From the human T2T-CHM13v2.0 reference genome, Homo sapiens: a DNA stretch of 64,000 bases. The stretch is taken from assembly GCF_009914755.1 (NCBI RefSeq), contig NC_060935.1. The stretch is one strand, 5' to 3'. How positions within the stretch are numbered: position 1 is the stretch's first letter; the number at the start of each line of letters is the position of its first letter. Position numbers and translations under genes: made by a program. Below the pieces are notes generated by a model, which did no database searches, was not told where the DNA came from, and saw nothing but the letters and a program-made list of their open reading frames with translations. Below are positions 59,960 through 64,000 of this stretch, in pieces.

Positions 59960-60829
59960 TATCCTTTTCTTTTACTCTCATTTATTCTACCTAATTCTAG
60001 CCCTTATTGTCAATCACCTAGATTCTGGGGAAAAAAGTTGTAACTAGTCTTCTTGCCTCCAGCTTTTTCCCCTCTATTCCATCTTCCAACTTATTGCCAG
60101 AATGGTGTTATTGAAATATAAGCCTGAATGTTTTATCCCATATTTAATGGTCCTCAATTGCTCTCCATTGTCTACATTTAAAAAATCCAAGCAAAGAAGC
60201 CCTTTATTAAAATGAAATCTTACTTAGAAGTCACACAATGGATATTTATAATTATTTATATATAACAAATAGAGGGAGAATTTCTGTGATTTCTGCAGCA
60301 TAGAGGAAAAGAGAATCAGAGCCGAGCCTGCTGCCTCATTCGTGACCCTTCAGAGGGCTCTGAGGAATCCAGTCAGGGTGCTATATATGACTGAGCAGAA
60401 GCTAGTGAGTGCAGAAAGAAATCCAGGCAAAACCCTTTCTCTAAGCCAAGTGCCTTGGCACTGAGCTGTCTCTGCTGAAGGGAGTGTCTAATGCACATAA
60501 AAGCTTCTTATGAGTTTTCTAATTCACATAAAAACTTCTTATGAGCTACTGGTAGCACTGATCACAGGGTTCTGTGGAACATAAATTGAATCCACCTGCC
60601 TTTTTGGATAAAGCCAAAGTACCTTCACATAACACCCAAGTCTTTCCACAATCTGATTGCTATTCACTTCCCCAGCCCTGTCTCTTGCTATATAAGTAGT
60701 TTCTTCAAACATTATGCAAGTTCATTGGTCAGGCCTCTTCCTCTGCCTGAATTAGCCACCTCCGGACCCCGGTTGTCTGTTAAGTACCTTTAAAGACAAA
60801 TGCATATCCTGAAGTAGCTTCACAGTTTA

Positions 60830-61410
60830 GCAAGAGAGATAGGAAAAATGCTATTAAAATTCAATATAAGTGCTATGGCAAGAGAAATACAGGGTAATGC
60901 AGGAGTACATAACAGGAGAACCTTATTTGGTTTTTGGGGGCCAAGGAAAACTTGGAGCAACTGAGGCAGCTGAGACCTGAAGGCCAAATAGAAGTTAGCC
61001 AAGTGAATAAAGATAGGAAGAAGTGTTTCAGGCACAGTTTAGTGGCTGATGAGGTAAGGAGCACAGATCAAGTCTTGAAGGTCTTGGTACGACATGTTAA
61101 ATAATTTGGACTTGAACTTAAAGGCACTGGAAAGCCATTGTACTGCTTATAGCTAGAATAATGTTTTAGAATAATTCTCCAGGTACAATGTGGAGATGTG
61201 GACTTGATTAGATTTGGTAGGTGGAGTTAAGGTAGAAGAAAGCAAGAATTGTTGTTAGAGGCTGCTATATAACCCTGATAAAAGATATAATAGCCTGCAC
61301 TAAGCCAGTGGCAGTCAGGATAAAGAGAAGGGGACAGACATGGAGGGCTGATTAGAATCTAATAGATGTGCTGATGGATTGTATGTGGGTAGTGAGGAAA
61401 GGAAGAAAAT
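60830..61410 (-). mobile_element. L2
   Basis: gagacctgaagg...gaagttagcc...ggaaagccattg...ggcagtcaggataaagagaagggg. Confidence 0.7.
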
Positions 61411-62689
61411 GTTTTGTTTAAATGTCTGTCTTCACTTATAAATCATAAGTTTTGATTTGTGGTTTATGACTTGAGGGATAAAATCATTTGTCATTCATTT
61501 TTGTATTTTTAGTGCCTCACAGGGTAGAACAGAGTTGGCACAGAATATATATTTGGCAAATAGAGTGAATGAATTTTATAAGTGGGGAAGTTAGTCAATG
61601 ACATCTTTGCTGCCAGTATCCACACCTTTTCCTCATCCTTTCCAGTGACTTTGTCCCATAAGAATGCTGTCTTCTCATCTCATCTCTTTCCTCCTGGTAT
61701 AAAAAGAATGAATTCAAATTTAATCACCCTAACAAACAAGCTATCATTCATAGGCATATTAGCATTAAGAAAAAAAAAAAGAACTCCAGTGATAGGGCAA
61801 GGCCTAAACAAACACAATTGATCACCAATAATAAGACCTCAAATATAAGTTGAGAGATATATGTAATCCGCACATACATACATTCAACCAACATATATTG
61901 AAGACCTGCCACAGAGTACCAGGTATTGTATAGGCACTGAGGACACAGTTGCCAACGAGAAAGATACTGGCCCTTGACCTAGGGGATGAAGAGGTGGGGA
62001 TTTACAAATTCACATCACAGGGTCAGAAGCTTATGTCACTTACATACAAAGCTAGTTCTACTTAAGCACATCTTTTAAACTTTAGCGGTTAGGCTTTAAA
62101 TTAAAGTTCTTGTTTATTATTCTCATGATTATTTTAATTCTCAGAGCTTAATTTCCATAGAAACAGGAAAATTAAACCGTAAGTCTGAACTCAAGTATAC
62201 CATGTGGCAAACTGTAATGTTGCTTCTTATTTTGAACTGTTCTTCATTTACCATGACTATAACAGGTGTGTCATAAGCCCCCCACCCAACCTCCAGGAAG
62301 TGTGGAGCATCTTAAAAGCCAACCAACATATACGTACGCAGGGAAAATACATATAATTTCATTGTATGTAATTGCAGCAGTTTATGAGATGTATAAAATA
62401 TTTAAGAGAAAACATTTGGCATCTTTTAAAATTCTTGTAAATATCAAATCTCATGTTGTTATAGAGAATATCAAATCTCATTACCTGTTACAGGGAAGTA
62501 ATTTTCAGCATTTGTATAGTTCAACAACAAATGAGATACTTGTATTACTTAAATTTATTTGTTTTCTTATTTATTATATTTCCCTGCACTAGAATATAAG
62601 CCCTATGACAGAAGAAATCTTGCCTCTAATTTTCCATCACCAGTGGCCAGCTCAACTCCTCACAAAAGACACCATCATACATTCAGTTT

Positions 62690-63897
<1,208 letters not shown>

Positions 63898-64000
63898 ATA
63901 GTTCTTCCTAGTTAAGATTGGGTTGGTCAGTAATAAAATATATGCAATTTTGCTGCCCAAATTTGAATTCTGATAGCTCTAGCTTGAAGAACTTCTTAAA

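Overview
Primate (most likely human, given AluY and L1PA2/3-type elements) AT-rich genomic DNA lying inside the large neuronal MAGUK gene DLG2 (PSD-93/chapsyn-110), which is transcribed on the minus strand. Only one established coding exon is present: 170 bp at 47759-47928, encoding the end of PDZ1 and the first strand of PDZ2. The rest is intron, densely filled with Alu, L1PA/L1M, L2, MIR, L3, THE1/MLT1 LTRs and DNA transposons (near-full-length Tigger1, Tigger2, MADE1, MER5A, MER53). Most recognisable ORFs in the supplied track are repeat-derived; the others show no protein signature. I see no RNA gene, CRISPR array or clearly new biological system. The best lead is a possible unannotated alternative DLG2 exon at about 10654-10744 (minus strand). 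It has a GTGAGT donor in the right phase and would encode a hydrophobic N-terminus with two cysteines (MCWPFWFC...), reminiscent of palmitoylated PSD-93/PSD-95 alpha starts; this is a hypothesis only. Other observations are three twin-primed inverted L1 insertions, fold-back hairpins, local duplications and candidate enhancers. All repeat subfamily calls are by eye and most boundaries are approximate.
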